NCBI GenBank assembly: GCA_964440225.1
Contig: CAYTRM010000001.1
Span: 1 to 43,003 of the forward strand
Length of the DNA: 43,003 nucleotides
DNA from: an uncultured Thermoleophilia bacterium
GTDB taxonomy: Bacteria > Actinomycetota > Thermoleophilia > UBA2241
Reading direction: 5' to 3'
Position numbers and translations under genes: made by a program. Under the pieces are notes generated by a model, which was not told the DNA's origin, searched no databases, and worked only from the letters and a program-made list of their open reading frames with translations. Positions 8,338 through 18,181 of the stretch are shown here, piece by piece. Numbering within the stretch: the stretch's first letter is position 1; every line of letters starts with the position of its first letter.

Positions 8338-9671
8338 GCCGGGCGGGCAGTGCTCAGACGTCGCCCGGCCCCGCGATCGGCGACGGCTTCGAACTGCTTG
8401 CGGCCGGAGACCTGATCTCTTCGCGCCCGCTCGCGTCCAGGCTCGCGCGCGACCCCGCCTTCTCCGACGTCGCGCGTCTGCTCGGCGAGGCGTCGCTGGC
8501 GGTCGGCAACATGGAGACGTCGATCCTCGACCTGCGCGCGTTCGGCGGTCACCCGCGCACCGTCGACGACTGGTGCATGGCCGCCCTCCCCGCCGTCGCC
8601 GGGGACCTCGCCGGTCTGGGCTTCCGGCTCGTCTCGCGCGCCAACAACCACTGCTGCGACTGGGGCATCGAGGGGATGCGCGAGACCGGCCGGCATCTCG
8701 ACGCGGCCGGGATCGTCCATGCGGGGACCGGAGAGACGCTGGCACACGCCCGCGCGCCGCGCTACGTGGAGACGGAGCACGGGCGTGTCGGGCTCGTCTC
8801 CGCCTATGCGGCGCAGAAGTGGGACAACGACGCCGCGCTCGACCAGTTCGGCGAGGCGCCGGCGCGTCCGGGCGTGAGCGCCCTTCGCATCGCCCTCACG
8901 GCGACGGCCCCGAAGCCCGTGGTCGACGGCCTGCGAGACGTCTACCGCAAGGCCTATCCGGGCTCGGCCGACCCCGGCGACGGCGCGCTCACCATCTTCG
9001 ACACGACGTTCATCGATGGCGAGGCGACCGCCGTGCGCTGGGCGCCGGACCCCGCCGACGTCGCCGAGGTGCTGCGCAGCGTACGCCTCGGCGCCCAGCA
9101 CTCCGACCTGCTCGTCGTCTCCCTGCACGTGCACGAGGAGGAAGGGAGCGCCGCGCAGCCGCCGGCCTTCCTCGTCGACCTGGCGCACGCCGCCGTCGAG
9201 GCCGGCGCCGGCGCGGTCTTCTGCCACGGCTCGCACGTGCTTGGACCCGTCGAGATCCGCCGCGGTCGGCCGATCTGCTACGGCCTCGGCAACTTCTTCT
9301 GGTCGGACATCCAGGAGTGCCTCCACGGGGCGCTCCATGCGGCCGCCCGGGCGCGGTTCGGCGACGCGCTCGGCGACCCGGCGATGGTGACCGACGCCGA
9401 CGTCAACCGGGCGTTCAACGCGAGCGAGTTCGCGGACTCCCGCTACTTCGAGTCGGTGCTCGTGGAACTCACGTACGCAGGCGGCGACCCCGCCGTGCGT
9501 CTGCTGCCCGTCGACCTGCGCTACGGCACACCGCTCACCGAGAGCGGCACGCCGCGGTTCGCCGCCGAGAGCACCGCGCGGGCGATCGTGGAGCGGCTCG
9601 ACCGCATGTCGCGGCCTTTCGGCACGGCGGTCGAGCTGCGGGACGGAGTCGGTCGTGTCTTGTCGGCCTGA
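8334..9671 (+). CDS. CapA family protein (PGA_cap, metallophosphatase-like), paralog 1
   Basis: ATGA overlap with the SBP1 stop. GNMETSI and SRANNHCCDWGIEGMRETGRHLDAAGIVHAGTGE fit the CapA pattern. Highly similar to 15429..16796. Confidence 0.85.
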   Translation: MSRAGSAQTSPGPAIGDGFELLAAGDLISSRPLASRLARDPAFSDVARLLGEASLAVGNMETSILDLRAFGGHPRTVDDWCMAALPAVAGDLAGLGFRLVSRANNHCCDWGIEGMRETGRHLDAAGIVHAGTGETLAHARAPRYVETEHGRVGLVSAYAAQKWDNDAALDQFGEAPARPGVSALRIALTATAPKPVVDGLRDVYRKAYPGSADPGDGALTIFDTTFIDGEATAVRWAPDPADVAEVLRSVRLGAQHSDLLVVSLHVHEEEGSAAQPPAFLVDLAHAAVEAGAGAVFCHGSHVLGPVEIRRGRPICYGLGNFFWSDIQECLHGALHAAARARFGDALGDPAMVTDADVNRAFNASEFADSRYFESVLVELTYAGGDPAVRLLPVDLRYGTPLTESGTPRFAAESTARAIVERLDRMSRPFGTAVELRDGVGRVLSA

Positions 9672-9746
9672 GGCTGCGGGGCGCCACCCCGAGATGAGTT
9701 CCCCGTCCGAGGGAGTGGCCCGCCGTATCGCACTCGAGGAGGGTGC

Positions 9747-11015
9747 GTGAGCATGGGGGGGTTCCGCAGCAAGTCCGTGGTGCTCGTCGTGGTGCCGGTG
9801 ATCCTGCTCTTCGCCGGGCTGCTTCTGGGGCTGGTGGGCACGGGCTGCGCCAGGCAGGCCGGCCCGCCGCAGGCCCCGCCGGTGCAGGCCACACCCGTGG
9901 CCACGCTCTCTCCGGCCGTCCCGTCGACGATCGACGACGTGTCGCCGGCCGGCCTCGACGCCTACATCAAGGCCAAGATGAAGGTCGCGCACGTGCCGGG
10001 CCTGGCCGCGTGCGTCGTCTCTGACGGCGAGATCGTCTGGGCCAAGGGCTACGGTTGGGCCAATGTCGAGAAGCGCCGTCCCGTCACGCCCGATACCGGC
10101 TTCATGCTCGCCTCGATCTCCAAGACCCTCGTCGCTACGGCGGTGATGCAGCAGGTCGAGGCCGGCACCCTGTCGCTCGACGCGGACGTCAACACCTACC
10201 TGCCGTTCCCGGTGCGCAATTCCAAGCATCCCGACGATTCGGTCACGCTCCGTCAGCTGCTCACCCACACCTCGAGCGTCCGCGACCACTCCCCGGTCTG
10301 GGACGGCCTCTACACGTACGGGGAAGACTCACCGGTCCCGCTCGACGACTTCCTCGAGGGTTATCTCACGTCCGGCGGGAGCTACTGGGACGAGAAGGAC
10401 TACTCCCGCTTCGCGCCCGGCGAGAACTACGAGTACTCGAACGTCGGCGCCGACCTGGCGGCCTACGTCGTCGAGTCCGCCACAGACATGCCCTTCGACC
10501 AGTACTGCGCCACGCAGGTCTTCGCGCCGTTGGGCATGAACGCCACGTCATGCAAGCTCGAGGGTCTCGACCGCAGCGCTCTTGCCATGCCGTACCGGTA
10601 CGCCTCCGGCTCCGGAAAGTACCGTGCCTACGGACACTACAGCTACCCCGACTACCCTTGCGGTCAGGCACGTTCGAGCGTCTCCGAGCTCGGGCGCTTC
10701 CTTGCTTCGTACACGAGTGACGGGACCTACCAGGGCGTGCAGCTTCTCAAGCCCGAGTCGGTGGCCGAGATCCTGCGCCCGCAGACCTCTCTGTACAAGG
10801 GGCAGGGTCTGGCCTGGTACCGCGAGAAGGTCGGCGGGCCGAAGGTGCTCGGGCACCAGGGCGGCGACCAGGGCGTCTGTACGTTCATGTTCTTCGACGA
10901 GAAGACCGGCGACGGCGCAATCGTGCTGACCAACAGCGACGTGTCGACGTGGAAGGAGTGGTACGCGGTCGAGGACGTGTTCGCGAGGCTGATCGCCGAG
11001 GCGCCACGACTCTGA
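9747..11015 (+). CDS. Serine hydrolase (beta-lactamase family) with N-terminal membrane/secretion signal
   Basis: GAGGAGGG RBS. Start at GTG 9747 or ATG 9753. Hydrophobic N-terminus VVLVVVPVILLFAGLLLGLVGTGC. SxxK motif ASISKT. Confidence 0.85.
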   Translation: MSMGGFRSKSVVLVVVPVILLFAGLLLGLVGTGCARQAGPPQAPPVQATPVATLSPAVPSTIDDVSPAGLDAYIKAKMKVAHVPGLAACVVSDGEIVWAKGYGWANVEKRRPVTPDTGFMLASISKTLVATAVMQQVEAGTLSLDADVNTYLPFPVRNSKHPDDSVTLRQLLTHTSSVRDHSPVWDGLYTYGEDSPVPLDDFLEGYLTSGGSYWDEKDYSRFAPGENYEYSNVGADLAAYVVESATDMPFDQYCATQVFAPLGMNATSCKLEGLDRSALAMPYRYASGSGKYRAYGHYSYPDYPCGQARSSVSELGRFLASYTSDGTYQGVQLLKPESVAEILRPQTSLYKGQGLAWYREKVGGPKVLGHQGGDQGVCTFMFFDEKTGDGAIVLTNSDVSTWKEWYAVEDVFARLIAEAPRL

Positions 11016-11075
11016 AGACTCCTCGTACGTGCGCGGTTTGAAGAGCGTGGTTCGCGAGGCTCTGATCAGGGAAGC

Positions 11076-13106
11076 CTAGCAGCCGTCCCGCGGGATGGTG
11101 GTCTCCCACATCCGGGTCGCCACCCGTTCGTCGTCTTGGTAGGCGTCGAGGCTGCAGGTCACGTGAAAGTCAGACTCGTCCGAGGTCAGCCGGCTCTTCG
11201 CCTCGACCCTGGCCCGCCAGTCGCCTCTCTCGCTCGCGAACGCCCACGACGAGGTCGCCTCGGCCGACAACGGATCGCCCTCGACGATCGCGTAGGTGTC
11301 GCGTCCGCGATACTCATGGACAAGTCCGTCCGCCAGGCGGAAGCGGCCCGATTCGTCCCACACCGATTCGATCCGTCCGCTGGCGGGATCGTGTGCGATG
11401 ACGATCTCACTGATGTCCTCCTCAAGCTGCTCGTAGCCGGGGAGGGGAGCCTCTTCGGGCTCGAGGAAGGCCGGCGGCGCTACGTCGCCCGCTGCCGAGC
11501 GCTCCGGCAGTTCCAGCCGGCTCTCGCCAGAAAGAAGCGTCATCGTCACGGGGTGCGGAGATGGCCATGCGAGTGGCCACAGGCTCGTCGAGAGTGCCAG
11601 CCGCAGGCGGTGCCCCGGTGGGAAGGAGTAGGCGGCGGCTGCCAGCGGCACTGCGACGCGGTAGCGTGTGCCGGGCGCGAGCGGTCGTGGCGCTGCGTGG
11701 CTCACGCGGTGCGTGAGGTTGAGGACGCCGCGGGCGACCAGCGTCGAGGCGCCCGCCTCGTCGACGTCGCAGAGCCGCGCCGCAATGAGCGCCTGAGGCT
11801 GGTCGCAAGCGACGTCGAGTATCGCTTTCGCCTGCCCCAGGATCTCGAGGCGCTCGGCGAGCGGCGGCGAGTCGAAGACCTGGGAGCGTTCGTCGTCGGG
11901 GCGCTGGTCGCCGGGCGAGTCGTCGTCGCACGACCACGAGATCCAGCAGCCTCCCTCGATGCCGGTCGTCTGCGGGCTCCGGAAGGTGACGGCTGACGGT
12001 ACTGTCGGCCGTTCGTCGAGCCCGATCGGCCCCGCGCCGAGCCCGTCCTGCCCAATCGTGAAGGCGCGGACCGTGACGTTCGCTGAGGGCCAGGAGTCCT
12101 CTGTGAGCCACCTGCCCGTCTTGTCGTTCCAATCCTGGTCGCGCGTGTAGGCGTCCTGCATCCAGAAGGTCGCGGCGGGTTCGTCCATGATCCCCGTATC
12201 GATGCCCTTCAACCAGTGGTCCCACCAGCGCAGCGCTTCTTGCAGGAACCCGATCGGCGGCCCGGGATGGCCGCTCTGCGGCCGGGAGTGACACCAGGGA
12301 CCGACGAGCGCCTTGATGGGCCCGCGGTAGTGTTCGAGCATGCGCAGGACGGCGTCGCGATAGCCGTCGGCCCAGCCGCCGACCATGTAGACGGCGCAGT
12401 CCAGAGCGGCGTAGTCCTCGCAGACCGAGGCGTGCCGCCAGTAGTCGTCGCGGCGCTGATGGGAGACCCAGGTCGGTAGCGCGGGGGTAGCGGCGTCGAG
12501 GCGCTCCCGCCACATCTCCTTCCAGCGCTCGCCGACTATGGCCGGATCGGGCGCATGGGTCGCGTAGCCGAACAGCATCGTCGCGTACGACTGCATCTCG
12601 GGCCCCATCAGGCAGCCGCCGATGTAGTGCTCGTCGTTGGCGTAACGGTCGTCGGTCGAGCACATCGAGACGACCGCCTTGAGCGCCGGAGGTCTGCGAG
12701 CGGCGACCTGTAGGCCGTTGAAGCCGCCCCAGGAGATGCCGATCATGCCGACGTTGCCGTTCGACCACGGCTGCCCGGCCAGCCAGGCGATCACTTCGAC
12801 GCCGTCGTCCTGCTCCTGCCTGGTGTACTCGTCCCAGAGGAGCCCCTCGGAGTCGCCGGTACCCCTGATGTCGACACGCACGCCGGCGTATCCGTGCCCG
12901 GCGAAGTACGCGTGCTGACCGGCATCCAGCGGCAGGGAACCGTCGCTCTTGCGATAGGGGAGGTACTCGAGGATCGCCGGCACCGGGTCCGTCTCTGCGT
13001 CTTCGGGGAGCCAGATCTTCGCCGAGAGCCGGCAGCCGTCGGAGAGGGGGATCCAGACGTGGTCGAGCAATCTCACGCTGCGAGAAAAGTCAGTCCTGAT
13101 GTTCAT
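11076..13106 (-). CDS. CocE/NonD family alpha/beta hydrolase (S15 peptidase-like), full length
   Basis: 694-aa ORF. The better start is the internal ATG at 13106 (MNIRTDFS..) preceded by GGAAAGGA. GISWGG nucleophile elbow. C-terminal beta-sandwich-length extension typical of the family. Confidence 0.85.
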   Translation of the reverse strand: MNIRTDFSRSVRLLDHVWIPLSDGCRLSAKIWLPEDAETDPVPAILEYLPYRKSDGSLPLDAGQHAYFAGHGYAGVRVDIRGTGDSEGLLWDEYTRQEQDDGVEVIAWLAGQPWSNGNVGMIGISWGGFNGLQVAARRPPALKAVVSMCSTDDRYANDEHYIGGCLMGPEMQSYATMLFGYATHAPDPAIVGERWKEMWRERLDAATPALPTWVSHQRRDDYWRHASVCEDYAALDCAVYMVGGWADGYRDAVLRMLEHYRGPIKALVGPWCHSRPQSGHPGPPIGFLQEALRWWDHWLKGIDTGIMDEPAATFWMQDAYTRDQDWNDKTGRWLTEDSWPSANVTVRAFTIGQDGLGAGPIGLDERPTVPSAVTFRSPQTTGIEGGCWISWSCDDDSPGDQRPDDERSQVFDSPPLAERLEILGQAKAILDVACDQPQALIAARLCDVDEAGASTLVARGVLNLTHRVSHAAPRPLAPGTRYRVAVPLAAAAYSFPPGHRLRLALSTSLWPLAWPSPHPVTMTLLSGESRLELPERSAAGDVAPPAFLEPEEAPLPGYEQLEEDISEIVIAHDPASGRIESVWDESGRFRLADGLVHEYRGRDTYAIVEGDPLSAEATSSWAFASERGDWRARVEAKSRLTSDESDFHVTCSLDAYQDDERVATRMWETTIPRDGC

Positions 13107-13522
13107 CGGGTCCTTTCCCCCCATTTCACGGGTCGTGCCCGCAGGATATCCCATGGCCATGTCCGGTAGACTCCTTTCGGGCGTCAGGCGGTCACGAGGT
13201 CAGCGTCCCATGAGGCGCGGTGCACCTTCCGCAAGCTCGCCTTTCGCGTTGTTGGAGACCAGGCAGGAGGCATGTGATGGTTGATTTCCGGGCAGCGCTT
13301 GAGGGCATCGAACGCTTCCTCGACGAGCGCCTGCCGCGCTCCGACGCGCCCGGCGCGGTCGTGGCACTGACCGATCGCGAGCAGTTCCTGGGCGCCACCG
13401 CGGTGGGGGTCGCCGACATGGCCGCCGAGCGGCCGATGCAGGTCGACGACCGCTTCCAGATCGGTTCGATCAGCAAGTCGTTCGCGGCCATCATCGCGAT
13501 GCAGGAAGTAGAGGCCGGTCGT
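12221..13522. repeat. Master copy of the block duplicated at 57..1476
   Basis: See the 57..1476 feature. Here both genes continue to full length. Confidence 0.8.
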
Positions 13523-14956
13523 CTCGACCTGCAGGCTCCGGTGACCGACTACGTGCCTTGGTTCGAGGTGTGCTCGCGCTTCGCGCCGATCACCACGCAT
13601 CACCTGCTGACCCACACCGCCGGCCTCATCATGGGTACCGACTTCAGCCTCAGCGGTGTGCATCAGGTCTGGGCCCTGCGCGAGACCGAGTGCGTGTACG
13701 CGCCCGGCGAGCGCTTCTATTACTCAAACGACGGCTACAAGCTCGTCGGTCTGATCCTTGAGGCGACCACCGGCAAGCCCTTTGCCGAGTTGCTTGCCGA
13801 GCGCATCCTGGCGCCGCTGGGCATGAACGACAGCGATTCCGTGATCACGCTGGCGACGCAGGCGACGGTCGCCCTGCCGCATCAGCGCATCTTCGACGAT
13901 CGTCCAAGCCACCCGGGACAGCCCTGGATGGTCAGCCCCTGGTACGAGACGGACACCGCCGACGGCGGCATCGTTTCGACGGCCTCCGACATGTGCGCCT
14001 ACGCGCGGTTGCTGCTGGCGCGCGGCGACGCACCGGCGGGACGCGTGTTCTCGGAAGAGAGCTGGGAGCGGTTCACGCAGCGCGCCATCGAAGACACCGA
14101 CGAGCCCGGCGCCTGGTACGGCTACGGCCTGATCACGCGTGAGAAGGACGGCCGCACGTTGATCGGTCACTCGGGGTCGATGGCCGGCTACAGCTCGTAT
14201 CTGATGACGGACCCGGAGGCGGGGCTGGCCGTGGTCGTGCTGATGAACGGCATCGAAGACCGGACTGAGCTCGTGCAGTACGCGCTCGAGGCGGGGCGGG
14301 CGGCGCACGCGGCGGCACCCGTGCCCCCGCCCTCGCCGCCCGCCGACCCCGCCGTCATCGACGACGCCGAGCAGTACGCCGGCACGTATAGTCTCTGCGG
14401 CGGCGGTCCCGGAGGTGGCCCCAGCGGCGGTTCCGGCGGCCCGTCGGGCGGCGAGCTGACGCTCGCCTCCTCCTCCGGCCGCCTTCTCCTGCGCGCCGGC
14501 GGCATCGAGGTGGCTCTCGAGCGCCGCGAGCCAGATATCTTCGTCGTGCCGCATGCCGACTGGGATCGCTTCTATCTGCGCGCCGGTCGCGACACGGCCG
14601 GCGCGGTCGCCGAGCTCTTCCACGGTCCCGACTGGCACGTCAACGATCGCTACTCCGGGCCGCGCGAGTCCGCCCCCCGGCCCGAGTGGCAGCCGTTCGT
14701 CGGTCACTACCGCTCATGGAGCGTCTGGCACCCTGATCTGCGCGTCATCGATCGGAAAGGAAAGCTGTTGCTCAGCGCCCCGTGGGTCGGGGCGCCGGCA
14801 TGCGAACTCGAACTCGTGCCGCTCGGCGAGGCGCTCTTCCGCGTCGGCGTCGACGAGTGGCGACCCGACCGCCTGAGGTTCGACGCTGTCATCGACGGCC
14901 GCGCCACGAGCGTGTTCTACAACCAGGCTCCCCTGTACCGCGCGTTCACTCCGTAG
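13277..14956 (+). CDS. Serine hydrolase (beta-lactamase family) with Gly-rich linker and C-terminal extension domain
   Basis: AGGAGG RBS 6 nt before ATG 13277. SxxK motif GSISKSF and YSNDGY (YxN-like). Confidence 0.85.
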   Translation: MVDFRAALEGIERFLDERLPRSDAPGAVVALTDREQFLGATAVGVADMAAERPMQVDDRFQIGSISKSFAAIIAMQEVEAGRLDLQAPVTDYVPWFEVCSRFAPITTHHLLTHTAGLIMGTDFSLSGVHQVWALRETECVYAPGERFYYSNDGYKLVGLILEATTGKPFAELLAERILAPLGMNDSDSVITLATQATVALPHQRIFDDRPSHPGQPWMVSPWYETDTADGGIVSTASDMCAYARLLLARGDAPAGRVFSEESWERFTQRAIEDTDEPGAWYGYGLITREKDGRTLIGHSGSMAGYSSYLMTDPEAGLAVVVLMNGIEDRTELVQYALEAGRAAHAAAPVPPPSPPADPAVIDDAEQYAGTYSLCGGGPGGGPSGGSGGPSGGELTLASSSGRLLLRAGGIEVALERREPDIFVVPHADWDRFYLRAGRDTAGAVAELFHGPDWHVNDRYSGPRESAPRPEWQPFVGHYRSWSVWHPDLRVIDRKGKLLLSAPWVGAPACELELVPLGEALFRVGVDEWRPDRLRFDAVIDGRATSVFYNQAPLYRAFTP

Positions 14957-15408
14957 GCCGCCTGTGGCGCTACTCCCTGCCGGCCGGCTTCGGTCTCCAG
15001 GTCGTGGCGCCCACCCAGCCGTCGGATGCATCGGCCGGCAGTCGAACCCGGGTATGCAGGGCTTGCTATGCAGCAGCGGCGTACCGTCGAGCATGTCGAT
15101 GCCTGAGACGACGAGGATCCGGTCTTCCCGACTCAGCAGGCGGACGACCGACAGGCCGATCCTGTTGGGGCGGTAGGGATAGCGTGAGGCGCAGATGCCG
15201 TGCATCTCGTCATCAAGGAACATTGGGCGCACGAGCTCGATGTCGCTTGCCCTGTCGAACGGGTACAGCAGATCGGCGAACACCTCCGCCCGCCCTGTCG
15301 GGGAAGACCAGACAGCCGGTCAGCTCGGTGCAAGGGGGCCGCCTCCCTGGGGGCGGCGCCGTCCCGATAAGGGGGCCGTGCGAGAGGGGCCGTGCTAGAC
15401 TGCCTCAC
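14714..15408 (-). pseudogene. TrmO/TsaA-like (YaeB/UPF0066) domain gene, apparently frameshifted
   Basis: The main ORF (to 15283) has ICASRYPYRPNRIGLSVVRLLSREDRILVVSGIDMLDGTPLLHSKPCIPGFD, cf. the family core RPNPIGLS...LDGTP(V/L)LDIKPY. Upstream N-terminal-type motifs (RPPYRDGAAPRE, LPRQGG) lie in a different frame, with the shift inside CAGGGCGGGCGG (~15290-15300). The 3' tail overlaps the convergent hydrolase gene by ~240 nt. Confidence 0.45.
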
Positions 15409-15428
15409 CCGCGAAGCCTGGAGACTCC

Positions 15429-16796
15429 ATGTGCGCCAGTGAGGGATCCGAATCTGACCACCCTGCACAACGCATGGTCCAGCCGGGCATCGACGACGGC
15501 TTCACGATCGTCCTGGTCGGAGACCTCATCTCGTCGCGCCCGCTGGCGCCCAAGCTTGCGCGCGACGCCGGCTTTGCCGACGTCGCGCGTCTGCTGCGCG
15601 AGGCGTCGCTGACGATCGGCAACATGGAGACGTCGATCGTCGACATGCGCACCTTCAGTGGCCATCCGCGTACGGTAGAAGACTGGTGTCTGGCCGCTCT
15701 ACCTGACGTCGCCCCAGACCTCGCCGAGCTTGGATTTCGCCTCGTCTCGCGCGCCAACAACCATTGTTGCGACTGGGGTATCGAGGGCATGCGAGAGACT
15801 GGTCGTCACCTTGACGATGCCGGCATCATGCACGCGGGCGCCGGCGAGACACTCGCCCACGCCCGCGCGCCGCGTTACGCCGAGACCGGGCACGGCCGCG
15901 TCGGTCTCGTGTCCGCCTACGCGGCGCCGAAATGGGACAACGACGCGGCGCTCGATCAGTTCGGCGAGGTGCCGCCGCGCCCCGGACTCAGCGCCTTGCG
16001 CATCGCGCTCACAGTGACGAGCCCGAAGCCCGTGGTCGATGGCCTGCGCGACGCCTACCGCAAGGTCAACCCGGGTTCGGCCGATCCGGGGGACGGCGAC
16101 CTCACCGTCTTCGACACGACCTTCGTCGAAGGCGAGACGACCGCCGTGCGCTGGACGCCCGACCTCGGCGACGTCACCGAGGTGCTGCGCAGCATTCGTC
16201 TCGGCGCCCTGCACTCCGACCTGCTGGTCGTCTCGCTGCACGTCCACGAAGAGGAGGGCAGCGCGGCTCAGCCGCCGGCCTTCCTCGTCGATCTGGCGCA
16301 CGCTGCCATCGACGCCGGCGCCGGCGTCGTCTTCGGGCACGGTTCGCACGTGCTGGGCCCGGTCGAGATCTACAAGGGCCGGCCGATCTGCTACGGCCTT
16401 GGCAGCTTCTTCTGGTCCGACATCCGGGAGTTCTTGCACGGCTCCGTCCGTGCTGCCGCCCGCGCCCGGTTCGCGGACCAGCTTGGCGATGCCGTGATGG
16501 TCACCGACGCCGACGTCAACAGGGTCTTCAACGCAAGCGGGTTTGCCGATTCCCGCGTCTTCGAGTCCGTGCTCGTCAAGCTCACCTACTCCGACGGCAA
16601 GCCCATCGTACGCCTGCTGCCGATCGACCCGCGCTACGGCACGCCGCTCAGCGAGAGCGGCGTTCCGCGCTTCGCCGGCCCCGACATGGCGCCAGCGATC
16701 CTCGACCGTATCGACGCGATGTCGCGACAGTTCGGCACGGCCGTCGAGATCCGTGACGGGATCGGCTACGTCGTCCCCGCTGAGGACGCGCGATGA
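15429..16796 (+). CDS. CapA family protein (PGA_cap), paralog 2
   Basis: GGAGA RBS. GNMETSI and SRANNHCCDWGIEGMRETGRHLDDAGIMHAGAGE. Collinear with 8334..9671. Confidence 0.85.
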   Translation: MCASEGSESDHPAQRMVQPGIDDGFTIVLVGDLISSRPLAPKLARDAGFADVARLLREASLTIGNMETSIVDMRTFSGHPRTVEDWCLAALPDVAPDLAELGFRLVSRANNHCCDWGIEGMRETGRHLDDAGIMHAGAGETLAHARAPRYAETGHGRVGLVSAYAAPKWDNDAALDQFGEVPPRPGLSALRIALTVTSPKPVVDGLRDAYRKVNPGSADPGDGDLTVFDTTFVEGETTAVRWTPDLGDVTEVLRSIRLGALHSDLLVVSLHVHEEEGSAAQPPAFLVDLAHAAIDAGAGVVFGHGSHVLGPVEIYKGRPICYGLGSFFWSDIREFLHGSVRAAARARFADQLGDAVMVTDADVNRVFNASGFADSRVFESVLVKLTYSDGKPIVRLLPIDPRYGTPLSESGVPRFAGPDMAPAILDRIDAMSRQFGTAVEIRDGIGYVVPAEDAR

Positions 16797-18181
16797 GCCG
16801 CCCAGTCTCGGAGATCGTCGCCGGCTTCATCACCGGTTGCCGCTGGACAGACCTTCCGGATGAGGTGAAGGCCAAGGCGCGCTTCTGCCTGCTGGACAAC
16901 CTGGCGGCGACACTCACGGGTGCACAGACGAAGATCGCGCAGATCGCCGACGCCTACGCCACGGAGACGTGGCCCGGCCGGGGCGCGACGGTCTTGGCAA
17001 CGGGTCGCGACACGTCGCCAACCGGGGCGGCCTTCGTCAATGCAGTGGCCGCCAACGGCACCGACATCGACGACTGCGGCATCTACACGTACGGTCACCC
17101 GGGTGCCCAGCTGTTTCCGGCGGCGCTGGCGCTGGCCGAAGCCCGGCGCGCATCGGGCGCGGCGTTCATGTCGGCGCAGGTCGTCGGCTACGAGGTCGCG
17201 TTCAGGACCGGCCGCTGCATGCACGATCGCGAGATCAGCCCGGAGGAAGGCGGCTTTCGCTCCTGCGGCTCGTGGGGCTCGGTGGCCTGCGCCGGCGTCG
17301 CTGCTCACCTCATGGATCTGCCTCGCGAGCAGACGCTGCAGGCGCTCGGGATCGCCGAGTACCACTCGCCCGACGTTCCCATGGAGCGCGACATCGAGGC
17401 TCCCACCATGGTCAAGCACGGTATCGGGATCGGCGCCATGACGGGGATCATGTCCGCCCGCTTGGCCGAGCTCGGCTTCACGGGCGTGCCGAGCATCCTT
17501 ACCTTCGACGAGTACGCGGGCTGGGTCGGGGACATCGGGACCGACTACCTGCTGCCGACCGGGATCATGTGGAAGGAATACTCCTGCTGCGGCTATTCGC
17601 ATCCGGCCATCAACGCGCTGAAGACCATCATGGACGCCACGCCGATCCCCATTGATCGGGTCGAGCGGATCGTCCTTGAGGTTTACGGGTACGCGGCCGA
17701 TCTCGGCGCGCGGCTGCCCGGGACGACCGAGGAGGCGCAGTTCAACCTCGCCTGGCCGGTCGCCTGCTTCCTGGCCTACGGCGAGGTGGCGCCCGAGCAC
17801 GTGCTCGAGCCCCACCTCGGCAATGAGGCGGTACGCGCGCTGGCGAGCAAGGTCGAGATCGTCGTCTCCGACGAGTTCACAAGGCTCTACGCGCTCGATG
17901 AGGCCGGCGACCCGCAGGGCATGGAGGTCGCCGACGTGACCGTCGAGCTCGGAGACGGCCGTGTCTTGAGGTCGGGAGTGCAGCCCTCGCCGGTCTACGG
18001 CGACTGGCCGCCAGGGAAGATGGAGGCCAAGTTCCGCTGGCTGGCGCGCGGTCTGATCGGCGATGAGGCGACCGTGCGGCTGATCGAGATGTGCTGGCAC
18101 TGCGACGAGCTCGACGACGTGCGCGAACTGACCGCACTGATCAGCGCGGCCCGGACTAGCCGCCAGGCCGTCCAGACGTAG
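16793..18181 (+). CDS. MmgE/PrpD family protein, paralog 2
   Basis: ATGA overlap with the CapA-2 stop. NGTDIDDCGIYTYGHPGAQ and TTEEAQFNLAWP. Collinear with 4493..5884. Confidence 0.85.
   Translation: MSRPVSEIVAGFITGCRWTDLPDEVKAKARFCLLDNLAATLTGAQTKIAQIADAYATETWPGRGATVLATGRDTSPTGAAFVNAVAANGTDIDDCGIYTYGHPGAQLFPAALALAEARRASGAAFMSAQVVGYEVAFRTGRCMHDREISPEEGGFRSCGSWGSVACAGVAAHLMDLPREQTLQALGIAEYHSPDVPMERDIEAPTMVKHGIGIGAMTGIMSARLAELGFTGVPSILTFDEYAGWVGDIGTDYLLPTGIMWKEYSCCGYSHPAINALKTIMDATPIPIDRVERIVLEVYGYAADLGARLPGTTEEAQFNLAWPVACFLAYGEVAPEHVLEPHLGNEAVRALASKVEIVVSDEFTRLYALDEAGDPQGMEVADVTVELGDGRVLRSGVQPSPVYGDWPPGKMEAKFRWLARGLIGDEATVRLIEMCWHCDELDDVRELTALISAARTSRQAVQT

Noticed and set aside
6454-8745. Very long reverse-strand or alternate-frame ORFs. 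Examples: 6454..8745 (763 aa), 4031..5764, 8181..10289, 16766..18430, 20294..21796, 23380..25056, 24750..26495, 27812..29446, 35995..37164, 38068..39132, 40364..42454, plus many plus-strand alternates.
   Set aside because: They lie antisense to or out of frame with ORFs that have clear family signatures. They are Arg/Pro/Gly/Ala-rich with no recognisable motifs, the usual shadow ORFs of a stop-poor high-GC genome.
9800-9860. Lipoprotein lipobox (LVGTGC) in the 9747..11015 hydrolase.
   Set aside because: The -3 position is Gly rather than Leu/Val/Ile, so lipoprotein status is uncertain. I reported it only as an N-terminal membrane/secretion signal.
14395-14455. Gly/Pro/Ser-rich repetitive DNA (CGGGPGGGPSGGSGGPSGGE) as a possible repeat element.
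   Set aside because: It is in frame within the 13277..14956 hydrolase and looks like a flexible interdomain linker.
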